Assembly (NCBI GenBank): GCA_045643125.1
Contig: JAZUKE010000036.1
Span: forward strand, 1,318 to 65,317
Source of the DNA: Eubacteriales bacterium
GTDB lineage: Bacteria; Bacillota; Clostridia; Oscillospirales; CAG-382
Length of the DNA stretch: 64,000 nt
Direction: 5' to 3'
Shown here: positions 44,411 through 56,644 of the stretch, in pieces
Position numbering within the stretch: the first letter of the stretch is position 1
How the letters are laid out: each line of letters starts with the position of its first letter
The notes under the pieces: generated by a model
The model's database searches: none
What the model saw: only the letters and a program-made list of their open reading frames with translations
Told to the model about the DNA's origin: nothing
Position numbers and translations under genes: made by a program

Positions 44411-45561
44411 CAGATTCCTCCTTTTGCGGCAATAAGGCTTGCCGAAGCCTCCCTTGCCTTGCGGTCGGTTGACATAATGTCGTCAAGCGTAGGTTCGGGA
44501 ATAAACGGGGTTTCTTTTGTCACGGACGTGACCGTATCGAAAATATCGGTGAACGATATCTTCTTTTCGAGGAAAGCCGCCACGGCGATCTCGTTTGCGG
44601 CAGACATTGCCGCGGGGATATTGCCGCCGCGTTTTATTGCGTATTTTGCAAGAGACAACAGCGGGAAGGTCTTTTCGTCTGCCGAAGCAAAGGTTATCTT
44701 TGCAAGCGACGGGAAATCGAGTTCCCCCGTAAGCGACGCTTCCCTTTCCGGGTAAGTCAGCGCATACTGTATCGCAAGTCTCATATCGGGGCGTGCAAGC
44801 TGGGCGATGACCGTGTTGTCTTCAAAGCCCACCATTGAATGGATTATGCTTTCGCGCTGTACCACGACTTCGATATCCTCGGGGCGGACGCCGAAAAGCC
44901 AGACAGCTTCGATGACCTCGAGTCCCTTGTTCATAAGGCTTGCGGAATCGACGGTTATTTTCGCACCCATATTCCAATTCGGGTGAGCAAGTGCCATTTC
45001 GGGCGTAACTTTTTCAAGAAACGCTCTGTCTTTGCCGAAAAACGGGCCGCCGGACGCGGTAAGATATATTTTCTTTGCTTTTTTGCCGCCGAGGCACTGG
45101 AAGATCGCCGAATGTTCGCTGTCAACGGGAATTATCGGAAGCCCTTTATTTTCCGCGTATTTCGTTACGATGCTTCCGCCAGCAACAAGCACTTCCTTGT
45201 TTGAAAGCGCGATCGGGTGGTCTCCGTCGAGAGCGGCAAGTGTCGGGCGAAGTCCGCTGACGCCGAGCAGCGAATTGCAGAGCAGGTCGCATTTTGTACT
45301 TCTTGCCATTTCGCAAAGCTCGTCGTCGCCGGTAATGACCTTCACCGACGTGTCGGAAAGCGCATTTTTGAGGTCGTTATAGTGATTTTTCCCTATCCAC
45401 GCCTTTTTTATACCGAATTCGCGGCATTGAGCTTCTACGGCTTTCCAGTTGGAATTGCCCGAAACGCAGTCGATCTTAAGTCCCAGGTGTCTCACCACCT
45501 CGATGGTCTGTCTGCCTATCGAGCCGGTCGAGCCGAGGATGGAAACGGTTTTGTTCATCAT
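44410..45561 (-). CDS. dxr: 1-deoxy-D-xylulose 5-phosphate reductoisomerase
   Basis: 383 aa. ILGSTGSIG N-terminus, plus LANKE-like LSNKEVLV, PVDSEHSAIFQC and HPNWNMG blocks. Confidence 0.95.
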   Translation of the reverse strand: MMNKTVSILGSTGSIGRQTIEVVRHLGLKIDCVSGNSNWKAVEAQCREFGIKKAWIGKNHYNDLKNALSDTSVKVITGDDELCEMARSTKCDLLCNSLLGVSGLRPTLAALDGDHPIALSNKEVLVAGGSIVTKYAENKGLPIIPVDSEHSAIFQCLGGKKAKKIYLTASGGPFFGKDRAFLEKVTPEMALAHPNWNMGAKITVDSASLMNKGLEVIEAVWLFGVRPEDIEVVVQRESIIHSMVGFEDNTVIAQLARPDMRLAIQYALTYPEREASLTGELDFPSLAKITFASADEKTFPLLSLAKYAIKRGGNIPAAMSAANEIAVAAFLEKKISFTDIFDTVTSVTKETPFIPEPTLDDIMSTDRKAREASASLIAAKGGI

Positions 45562-46352
45562 AATATATTAAGCTCCGTAAGAATGAATGCAAAAATTGAT
45601 ATGGGAAGAATGGAATCGAATCTGTCAAGCACTCCGCCGTGTCCGGGGAACAGCTTGCCGTAATCCTTTATGCCGTATCTTCTCTTTACGAGCGACGCCG
45701 CAAGGTCGCCGACCTGACCGCAAACCGAAAGCGGGATCGCAACGAGCGGCAGCACGATATACGAAAAATCGCAGTCAAAAAAGTTATTGCACACGAGCGC
45801 AAACACTTCAAAGCCGACCATACAGCCGACTACTCCGCCGATACCGCCGGCGACGGTCTTTTTGGGTGATATTTCCGGGCAGAGCTTGCGCTTGCCGAAA
45901 AATTTGCCGACAAAATACGCAAACGTGTCGGTTCCCCACGCGGCAATTAATATGAGAAGGTACTGTATCGGCTGTCTGTCGCGCACCAGAACCATCAGCG
46001 AAAAGCCGAGAGACGTCACGAGAGTTTCAAACGTGACAAAGCCTATCGCGTCAATAGTGTACTTTCTGAACCCGAATACCGCTTCAAACAGCGCAAAAAC
46101 GATGACGAACACGGCGACGGACGCCATATATTCCGGCTTGAAACGCGCAAGCAGCGGAAGCGAAGCCCCCGCAAGAGCGGAGACAACAAGCAGCGGATAG
46201 CATTTTTTCATTCCGACGCAGGAGTACATCTCGTACACCGCGATAACGCATAAAACGGCAAGCGCTATCGGTAAAGCGGGAGTTGACGCAAAATACAAAA
46301 TCGGTACGAAAACGGCAAGAGCAACGACCGCCGTTATTATGCGAGTTAACAT
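45558..46352 (-). CDS. cdsA: phosphatidate cytidylyltransferase
   Basis: 264 aa from the ATG at 46352, with the AGGTGA RBS formed by the uppS stop. Polytopic. C-terminal signature SLVKRRYGIKDYGKLFPGHGGVLDRFDS. Confidence 0.88.
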   Translation of the reverse strand: MLTRIITAVVALAVFVPILYFASTPALPIALAVLCVIAVYEMYSCVGMKKCYPLLVVSALAGASLPLLARFKPEYMASVAVFVIVFALFEAVFGFRKYTIDAIGFVTFETLVTSLGFSLMVLVRDRQPIQYLLILIAAWGTDTFAYFVGKFFGKRKLCPEISPKKTVAGGIGGVVGCMVGFEVFALVCNNFFDCDFSYIVLPLVAIPLSVCGQVGDLAASLVKRRYGIKDYGKLFPGHGGVLDRFDSILPISIFAFILTELNIL

Positions 46353-46356
46353 AATG

Positions 46357-47046
46357 TCACCTGCCGTATCTTCTTTTTCTTTTGCCGTAAGCCTCAAGTG
46401 CCTTTTTCAGACAGTCAAGGTCAAAATCGGGCCAATATGTATCGGTGAAATAATATTCACTGTAAGCGGACTGATAGAGCAGGAAGTTGGATATCCTCTG
46501 TTCTCCGCTCGTTCTGATTATGAGGTCAGGATCGGGGATATCGGCAGTATACAGATATTTTTTGAACGATTCCGTGTCGATATCCGTCACGCCGTCGGCG
46601 ATGATACGTTTCACCGCGTTGACGATATCCTGTCTTCCGCCGTAGCAGAACGCTATGCAGAAGGTAAGTCCGGTGTTGCCGGAAAGACGTTCCTGTATCC
46701 CTCTCATCGAATCGGCAAGGCTTTGCGGTGCGAGTGAAAGGTCGCCGAGTATGCGAAGTCTGCAGTTTTTAGCCATAAGACGCTTTTCGTAATCGAGTAT
46801 CCCTTTTGCGGCGATCTCGAAAAGTGCCGACACTTCTCCCGATTCACGGTTGAGGTTTTCGGTGGAAAAAGCGTATACGGTAAGATATTTGATGCCGAGC
46901 TCATTGCAGTTGGTGACCAGATCAACGAGTCTGTCGAATCCGACCTTGTGACCTGCGGTACGCGGAAGCAGACGCTTTTTCGCCCAGCGTCCGTTCCCGT
47001 CCATTATGACCGCGATATGCTCGGGCAATACGTTGAATTCAGCCAT
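46357..47046 (-). CDS. uppS: isoprenyl transferase (undecaprenyl diphosphate synthase)
   Basis: 229 aa. HIAVIMDGNGRWA, LTVYAFSTEN, and IRTSGEQRISNFLLYQSAYSE. Confidence 0.93.
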   Translation of the reverse strand: MAEFNVLPEHIAVIMDGNGRWAKKRLLPRTAGHKVGFDRLVDLVTNCNELGIKYLTVYAFSTENLNRESGEVSALFEIAAKGILDYEKRLMAKNCRLRILGDLSLAPQSLADSMRGIQERLSGNTGLTFCIAFCYGGRQDIVNAVKRIIADGVTDIDTESFKKYLYTADIPDPDLIIRTSGEQRISNFLLYQSAYSEYYFTDTYWPDFDLDCLKKALEAYGKRKRRYGR

Positions 47047-47600
47047 TATATCTCAAGAATCTCCTTGTTTTTCTTTGCAACGACGACGTCAACTTCCTTG
47101 ATGTACTTATCGGTAAGTTCCTGGATGCTCTTTTCGGAAGCGGTCTGTTCGTCTTCGGTCATTTCCTTGGCGGTCTTCATTGCTTTTATCTTCTTGTTGG
47201 CGTCCTGACGGATGTTGCGGAGCGCGACTTTGGATTCTTCGCCCATCTTGGCTGCCTGTTTGGTGAGTTCTTTTCTTCTTTCTTCGGTGAGTGCCGGGAA
47301 CACGAGGCGGATGCACTTGCCGTCATTCTGCGGATTTATGCCGACATCGGAGGCAAGGATGGCTTTTTCGATATCGCGGAGAATGTTGGTTTCCCACGGG
47401 ACTATCGCAAGAGTTCTTGCGTCGAGCGTTTTGATGGAAGCAACGCCGGAAAGATCAGTGGGAGTGCCGTAATAATTGACTTTTACTCTGTCAAGAACGC
47501 GTGCCGAAGCGCGTCCGACGCGGATAGCTGCGAAGTCGTCTTCGAGGACTTTGATGGTCTTCTTCATTTTTTCTTCAAATTCTTTGTTATCGAGTTTCAT
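47046..47600 (-). CDS. frr: ribosome recycling factor
   Basis: 184 aa. Typical RRF sequence (IRVGRASARVLD..., IRLVFPALTEERRKEL). Confidence 0.95.
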   Translation of the reverse strand: MKLDNKEFEEKMKKTIKVLEDDFAAIRVGRASARVLDRVKVNYYGTPTDLSGVASIKTLDARTLAIVPWETNILRDIEKAILASDVGINPQNDGKCIRLVFPALTEERRKELTKQAAKMGEESKVALRNIRQDANKKIKAMKTAKEMTEDEQTASEKSIQELTDKYIKEVDVVVAKKNKEILEI

Positions 47601-47640
47601 TGTTCTTCCTCCCGTTATTTTTGTTTTATGTTGATTTGTT

Positions 47641-48339
47641 TCATTCTATGAGTGTGCCGATGTTTTCTCCGTTGATACCGCGGAAAATATTTTCGGGATC
47701 CGCAAGGCTGAAAAGGAGTACCTTGATGTTGTTTTCTCTGCCGAGAGAAGCCGCGGTCTGGTCGATGACGCCGAGGTTCTTTTCGAGGATGGTGTCGTAG
47801 CTGACTTTGTCGTATCTCACCGCGTCGGGATATTTGCCGGGGTCTTTGTCGTAAACGCCGTCAACGGCTTTTGCGGAAAGAATGACGTCAACGCCAAGCT
47901 CTGCGGCGCGAAGCATCATACCCGTGTCGGTGGAAAAGAACGGATAACCGACACCGCAGGCGCAAAGCACGACTTTGCCATCGTTCATATACTGTCTTGC
48001 TTTGGCTTGCGAATAAGTTTCGCAGAACTGTTCGACGGGTACGGCGGAAAGCACCTTTGCCGAAAGCCCGGCTTTTTCGAGATAATCCTGCATACCGAGA
48101 CAGTTGATGAGCGTGGCGAGCATACCCATATGGTCGGCTCTGACACGTTCGACGCTGATATCCTTCTGACGTGCGCCTCTCCAGATATTGCCGCCGCCGA
48201 TGACAATGGCGATCTTTGCGCCGCTGTCAACGCATTTTTTGATCTGCGACGCGACTTTTTCAAGGAAGGAGCCGTCGAGTATGCCGTTTTTGCCTGAGAG
48301 TGCTTCGCCGGAAAGTTTGATTAGTGCGCTGTTATACAT
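47641..48339 (-). CDS. pyrH: UMP kinase
   Basis: 232 aa. LIKLSGEAL, VIGGGNIWRG, FFSTDTGMMLRA, and VDGVYDKDP. Confidence 0.95.
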   Translation of the reverse strand: MYNSALIKLSGEALSGKNGILDGSFLEKVASQIKKCVDSGAKIAIVIGGGNIWRGARQKDISVERVRADHMGMLATLINCLGMQDYLEKAGLSAKVLSAVPVEQFCETYSQAKARQYMNDGKVVLCACGVGYPFFSTDTGMMLRAAELGVDVILSAKAVDGVYDKDPGKYPDAVRYDKVSYDTILEKNLGVIDQTAASLGRENNIKVLLFSLADPENIFRGINGENIGTLIE

Positions 48340-48353
48340 AATAGATCATCCTC

Positions 48354-49196
48354 TCATTTTATCAGAAATTCATAGTTTTTATCAAGTCCGTCCGTCCAGC
48401 CGACACACCACGCGGTATACGGCGACACCGAAAGCAGCTCGATATCGTCATTTTTGTTCATAACGTCGTTGGGGAACAGAGTTTTGAACGTCTTTTCGTT
48501 TTCTTCGGTAATGTTCGGCGCGTACAGATCGCATCCTCCGAAAAGATGCAGTATCTCGTGCGCGTAGGTGTAAGGCGTATCGGTATATTCGTATTTTTCG
48601 TCGTGGCTGTGGAAGATAACGCTTCTTTCAAACGAATACTCGTCCGCGTCGGACGCAGATACGTCATAGCTCACGGCGTAGCTTCTTTCGTCGGCGATGA
48701 CGTGAAAGACGGCGAAGCAGTTGTCGTACCCTTCTGACGCATAGTTCTTTTCGGCAAAAGCCGCAAGGCTGCCGTATCCGGTTCCGGCAAACAATTCGTT
48801 CGTCCACGCAAAATCGCGTGTCGCCGTACCGTCGATATCGTAATCAAACACACATTTTTCGTCAAACGGAGTGCAGACGATATCAAGCACCGTGCCGTAT
48901 GACTCCGCCATACCTTCGATGAAAGCCGAAGCCGTGTCAAGAAGACCGAGCGTTTCATTTATGCAGTTTTCGGTCCACTTTGCGTCATTTACGTTCACGA
49001 ACACGTTTATGCAGAGGCACCTGCCTTTAAGTTCGGAGGCGCTTCCCGCAGACATTGTTTCACTTGCGGGCGGATATACGTTTCTGCCGTCTTCGGATAT
49101 TTCGTCAGACGTGTGTTCTTCGTTGTAAGACGCGCAGGAAAAAAGAGAAAATGCAATAAAAAGCATCAGAAGAAGCGAAAACGATCTTTTTTTCAT
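48354..49196 (-). CDS. predicted lipoprotein with HExxH zinc-metalloprotease motif
   Basis: 280 aa. Signal peptide plus lipobox (FSLFSCAS). A single HEILH motif in YAHEILHLFGGCDLY. No family assignment possible by eye. No obvious SD upstream. Confidence 0.5.
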   Translation of the reverse strand: MKKRSFSLLLMLFIAFSLFSCASYNEEHTSDEISEDGRNVYPPASETMSAGSASELKGRCLCINVFVNVNDAKWTENCINETLGLLDTASAFIEGMAESYGTVLDIVCTPFDEKCVFDYDIDGTATRDFAWTNELFAGTGYGSLAAFAEKNYASEGYDNCFAVFHVIADERSYAVSYDVSASDADEYSFERSVIFHSHDEKYEYTDTPYTYAHEILHLFGGCDLYAPNITEENEKTFKTLFPNDVMNKNDDIELLSVSPYTAWCVGWTDGLDKNYEFLIK

Positions 49197-49244
49197 ACTA
49201 TTATATCATTGTATTTTCAATAAAGCAAGAAATTTTTTTCAAAT

Positions 49245-49874
49245 TCAGGCGATGGGTTCGCCGTTATCACGAAGGAGCGAAAGGCGCGTTATGCGGCAAT
49301 CGGTTATTCTGTCGCCGAGGAAATCGCAGATATATTTTACGTTGAGGTGTTCCCCGCTTCCGCAGGCGGCGCGGAGCTTCATTCTGACGCCGCACTCGAC
49401 GTTTTCAAACGATTTTTCTTTGATAAGGTAAGAAATATCTTCGTACCTGTCGCCTTTTTTGCTCTTTTTGAGTACGGTTATCTCACCGGACAAAAGGTTT
49501 TCCATTTCGGTCTTGTCGAGAGAGGTCGTGAAAACGACATCGTAATCGGCAAGGGCGAGATCGCTCAGTTTACATTCGGGGCAAACTGCCTTTACGACTG
49601 GGAGACAGTCCGGGAAAGAGGCACGGAGTTTTTCGGTTATTTCGTCATAGCTCATTCCGTCACCGGCGAAGAAATCGAAGACCTCGAATTCGCTTTCCTG
49701 ATACACCGAAAGCGGCGACGCAAAGGTGAGCTTTATATGCGGGTTGAAGCCTTCGGTATACTGCGGATCGACGCCGCTTCTGACAAGGCTCCGGAACACG
49801 GAACGCTGCAGATCAAGATGTGATATATAGGCGGAAACGCCTTTTTTCATAAAAACGACTCTTACGGGCAGCAT
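49245..49874 (-). CDS. TIGR03936/DUF2344-type radical-SAM-associated protein
   Basis: 209 aa from the ATG at 49874, with a GGAGG RBS; the track start at 50012 is rejected. N-terminal [26 protein letters not shown] is the family hallmark. 13-nt overlap with the upstream radical SAM gene. Confidence 0.7.
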   Translation of the reverse strand: MLPVRVVFMKKGVSAYISHLDLQRSVFRSLVRSGVDPQYTEGFNPHIKLTFASPLSVYQESEFEVFDFFAGDGMSYDEITEKLRASFPDCLPVVKAVCPECKLSDLALADYDVVFTTSLDKTEMENLLSGEITVLKKSKKGDRYEDISYLIKEKSFENVECGVRMKLRAACGSGEHLNVKYICDFLGDRITDCRITRLSLLRDNGEPIA

Positions 49875-51696
49875 CTTCTTTCGCCTCCCAGCTTGCTTGC
49901 TCCGCAGCCGGAGCATTTTGTGCGGCAGTCGGGCGTTGTTTCGCCGTTTTCCGCCTTTTTGGCTTCGCGGATGAGAAATTCTTTGGTGACACCGCACGAA
50001 ATATGATCCCACGGCAGGACTTCGTCGTAGCTTCTGCGGCGGTTTGCGTAAAACGCGGGATCTATGCCGACGCTTTCAAAAATATCCATCCAGTTTTCGT
50101 GCGAGAAAAATTCGTCCCAGCCGTCAAAGCGCTGTCCGCGTTTCACGGCTTCGGCTATCGCGGCGGAAAGCCGTCTGTCGCCGCAGGCGAACACCGCTTC
50201 GATATGCGACACCTCGGCGGTATGGTAGTTGTAGGTTATCTTGCGGCTCTTTATCTCATTTCTGAGAAGCTGCTGTTTGCGTTTCAGCTCGTCTACGCTG
50301 TCCTGCATCTCCCACTGGAACGGCGTGAACGGTTTGGGCACGAAGCAGGACACCGACACGGTGACGTTGAACGCCTTGCCGTTTCGTCCGCCTGCATAAA
50401 ATTCGTTCACGACATTTCCCGCAAGCGACGCGATGCCTTTGATATCGTCGTCGGTCTCGGTCGGAAGCCCGTTCATAAAATAGAGCTTGATATTCTGTCT
50501 GCCGTTCTCGAACGCTTTGCGGCAGGAGTTTATGATATCGTCTTCGGTGATGTTTTTGTTTATCACGTCGCGGAGCCTTTGAGTTCCCGCTTCGGGAGCG
50601 AAGGTCAGCCCGGATTTGCGGACGGACATAACCTTTTTCATCAGTTCTGCATAAAACGCATCTATCCTCATAGACGGAAGCGACAGGCTTATGTTCTTCT
50701 TTTCCGTCCATTCAAGCAGCGTATCGACGAGTTTGTCTATCTGCGTGTAGTCGGATATCGAAAGCGACGCAAGCGACATTTCGTCATATCCCGTATTCGC
50801 AAAGCTCTCGCGGGCGCATTTGTCGAGGACTTCGACCGATTTTTCGCGGTAAGGACGGTAGACCATACCCGCCTGGCAGAAACGGCAGCCCCTTATACAG
50901 CCGCGGAAGACTTCGAGAGTGATCCTGTCGTGTACGGATTCGATAAACGGCATCTCAAATTTTGTCGGGAACGGAGATGCGTCAAGGTCTTTTATTATTC
51001 GCTTTCTGACGGTCTTCGGTACGTCTTCGTATTTCGGTTCAACTTTGTTTATCGTGCCGTCGTCGTTGTAGGACACGTCGTAAAGCGACGGAACGTAGGT
51101 GCCTTCGATATGTGACGCAAGACGGAGAAATTCTTTTTTCGTCATTCCTTTTTTCCTGCAGTCGCGGTACAGCTCGGCTAACTCGACAAGATGCTCCTCG
51201 CCCTCTCCTATCGAAAACAGATCGAAGAAATCGGCGACCGGCTCGGGGTTGTAGGCGCATGGGCCTCCGCCGATGATGAGCGGGTACGAATCGTCTCTGT
51301 CGGACGCATAGAACGGGATGCCCGCAAGGTCGAGCATATTGACGGCGTTGGTATACGAAAGCTCGTATTGCAGCGTGAACGCCACTATATCGAAGTCGCG
51401 CAGGCTGTCGCCGCTTTCGAGTGCGTAAAGCGGAAGCTTGTTTTCGCGTAACAGCTTTTCAAAATCGTCCCACGGAGCGTAAGCGCGTTCGCACCACAGA
51501 AAATCGAGTTTGTTCAGGCAGTGCATAAGGATCTTCACGCCGAGATTAGACATACCTATTTCGTAGGTGTCGGGGAAGCAGAAGCACATCCTTACGTCAA
51601 CGCTCGTTTTGTCTTTATATGTGCAGCCGAATTCGCCGCCGATATAGCGTCCGGGACGTTCGACTTTTTTAAGCAGCGGTAAATATTCGTCTTTTA

Positions 51697-51700
<4 letters not shown>
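49862..51700 (-). CDS. TIGR03960-type B12-binding-domain radical SAM protein (function unknown)
   Basis: 612 aa. N-terminal [12 protein letters not shown], and the CxxxCxxC cluster motif [16 protein letters not shown] overlap with the uvrA stop. Confidence 0.8.
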
Positions 51701-54522
<2,822 letters not shown>

Positions 54523-54531
54523 TGTTTATCC

Positions 54532-56484
54532 TCACATAAGCCGTTTTATACGGTCGCGCAGTATCGCGGCAGACTCGAAATCGAGTTCCTTTGCCGCCTG
54601 CTTCATATCCTTTGTAAGTTTTTCTATCAGTTTCTTCTTTTCCGCCGCGTTCAGCTTACCGCCGTTCACTTCCTTTGCGCTTTCGCCGCCGGAAATGGCG
54701 AGCGGCATACGGATCTCCTTGATTATCGTCTGCGGGACGATGCCGTGAGCTTCGTTATATTCGCTTTGTATCTTGCGCCTTCTGTTGGTCTCGTCGATCG
54801 CGCGTTTCATCGAAGAAGTGACGGTGTCGGCGTACATAATGACCTTGCCGTGCGCGTTTCTCGCGGTACGTCCGATGGTCTGGATAAGCGAAGATTCGCT
54901 TCTGAGGAATCCTTCTTTGTCGGCGTCAAGTATCGCAACGAGGGACACTTCGGGCAGGTCGAGACCTTCGCGGAGCAGGTTTATGCCGATAAGCACGTCA
55001 AATTCGCCCTGTCTGAGGTCGCGGATGATCTCCATACGTTCGATCGTTTCTATGTCGTAGTGCATATAACGGCAGCGGATATCGTATTTTTCAAAATATT
55101 CGCTTAAGTCTTCCGCCATATGCTTCGTCAGCGTCGTGACAAGCACGCGCTCGTTTTTTGAGGCTCTTTCTCTTATCTCGCCCATAAGGTCGTCTATCTG
55201 TCCCTTTACCGGACGCACCTCGACTTCGGGATCGAGCAATCCCGTGGGGCGTATTATCTGTTCGGCGATACGGCTTGCACGGTTTTTTTCAAAATCGGCA
55301 GGCGTTGCCGAAACGTAGATGGTCTGACCTTTTTTCTCGAGGAATTCGTTGAATTTGAGCGGTCTGTTGTCGTAAGCCGAGGGAAGACGGAAGCCGAAAT
55401 CGACAAGATTTTTCTTTCTTGCCGTGTCTCCGCCGGACATTCCGCGCACCTGCGGCACGGTGACGTGGCTTTCGTCGATGAACATAAGGTAGTCCGCGGG
55501 GAGATAGTCGAGCAGCGTATAAGGCGTTGAGCCGGGAGCACGTCCCGAAAGGACGCGGGAGTAGTTCTCGACACCCGAGCAGTAGCCGATCTCGCGTATC
55601 TGTTCGATATCGTAATTCGTGCGTTCGGTAATGCGCTGCGCTTCTATGAATTTGCCCTGCTCCTCGAACCACGCGGCGCGTTCGCCCTTTTCTTTTTCGA
55701 TTTCAAGCAGCGCCTTTTCGCGCAGTTCCGCGCTCGTGACGTAGTGGGTTGCGGGGAAAACGTCAACGTTTTCGAGCTTTGTGACGGCTTCGCCCGTGAC
55801 GGTATTGATTATTGATATCCTGTCCACCTCGTCGCCCCAGAATTCGACTCTTATCGCGTCGGTGGACGTGTTTGACGGGAATATTTCAAGCGTGTCGCCT
55901 CTGGCGCGGAAGGTATTGCGGTCAAGGTCGAAGTCGCATCTCGCGTACTGTATCGCAACAAGACGTTTTATCACGTCGTCGCGCGATATGCGCTGTCCCT
56001 TGTAAAGCGACACCATATTTCTCTGATATTCTTCGGGATCGCCGAGCGAATAGATGCACGACACCGACGACACTATGATGACGTCCCTGCGTTCAAAAAG
56101 AGAACTTGTCGCTTCGTGACGGAGCTTGTCTATCTCCTTGTTTATGGAAGCGTCTTTTTCGATATATATGTCTTTCCCCGGAACGTAAGCCTCCGGCTGA
56201 TAATAGTCGTAATAGGAAACGAAGTATTCCACGGCGTTGTTCGGGAAAAACTCGCGGAATTCGGAGCAAAGCTGGGCAGCAAGCGTCTTGTTGTGAGCAA
56301 GCACGAGTGTCGGTTTGTTGACGTTTGCGATAATGTTCGCCATCGTGAACGTCTTGCCGGAGCCGGTGACGCCGAGAAGCACCTGATCCTTATACCCCTT
56401 GAATACGCCGTCTGTGAGCTGTTCTATCGCCTGCGGCTGATCGCCCGTCGGCTTGAACGGCGACACGAGTTCAAAATGATCCAC
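54532..56484 (-). CDS. uvrB: excinuclease ABC subunit B
   Basis: 650 aa with a GTG start behind [21 protein letters not shown] Walker A, DESH box, helicase C blocks, and a C-terminal UVR domain ([11 protein letters not shown]). Confidence 0.97.
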   Translation of the reverse strand: MDHFELVSPFKPTGDQPQAIEQLTDGVFKGYKDQVLLGVTGSGKTFTMANIIANVNKPTLVLAHNKTLAAQLCSEFREFFPNNAVEYFVSYYDYYQPEAYVPGKDIYIEKDASINKEIDKLRHEATSSLFERRDVIIVSSVSCIYSLGDPEEYQRNMVSLYKGQRISRDDVIKRLVAIQYARCDFDLDRNTFRARGDTLEIFPSNTSTDAIRVEFWGDEVDRISIINTVTGEAVTKLENVDVFPATHYVTSAELREKALLEIEKEKGERAAWFEEQGKFIEAQRITERTNYDIEQIREIGYCSGVENYSRVLSGRAPGSTPYTLLDYLPADYLMFIDESHVTVPQVRGMSGGDTARKKNLVDFGFRLPSAYDNRPLKFNEFLEKKGQTIYVSATPADFEKNRASRIAEQIIRPTGLLDPEVEVRPVKGQIDDLMGEIRERASKNERVLVTTLTKHMAEDLSEYFEKYDIRCRYMHYDIETIERMEIIRDLRQGEFDVLIGINLLREGLDLPEVSLVAILDADKEGFLRSESSLIQTIGRTARNAHGKVIMYADTVTSSMKRAIDETNRRRKIQSEYNEAHGIVPQTIIKEIRMPLAISGGESAKEVNGGKLNAAEKKKLIEKLTKDMKQAAKELDFESAAILRDRIKRLM

Positions 56485-56527
56485 CTGAGCTTCCCTCCTT
56501 TGCGGACGAATTATATTTATTCGTATT

Positions 56528-56556
56528 ATTATATCACAATGTTTTGTAAAAATAAA
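56528..56556 (-). promoter_or_regulatory. candidate extended -10 promoter of uvrBA
   Basis: Minus strand: weak -35 TTTATT (56556-56551), 17-nt spacer, TGaTATAAT (-10 at 56533-56528). Confidence 0.4.
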
Positions 56557-56593
56557 GATATATTGCAGAAAAATTGTAAATTTCGGTCACAAG

Positions 56594-56626
56594 AAAAAAG
56601 ACAGACACACGTCAAATGTGTCTGTC
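56594..56626 (-). terminator. rho-independent terminator of the DAACS transporter gene
   Basis: Stem gacagacaca/tgtgtctgtc (10 bp) within 56600-56626, followed on the minus strand by 6 T (56594-56599). Confidence 0.65.
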
Positions 56627-56644
56627 GGCAAAAAAATCATTGTG

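Noticed and set aside
56485-56600. Canonical LexA (Cheo) box CGAAC-N4-GTTCG upstream of uvrB.
   Set aside because: No match was found. The only inverted repeat (56506-56524) has GAAT/ATTC arms and a 7-nt spacer. It is reported only as a low-interest operator candidate.
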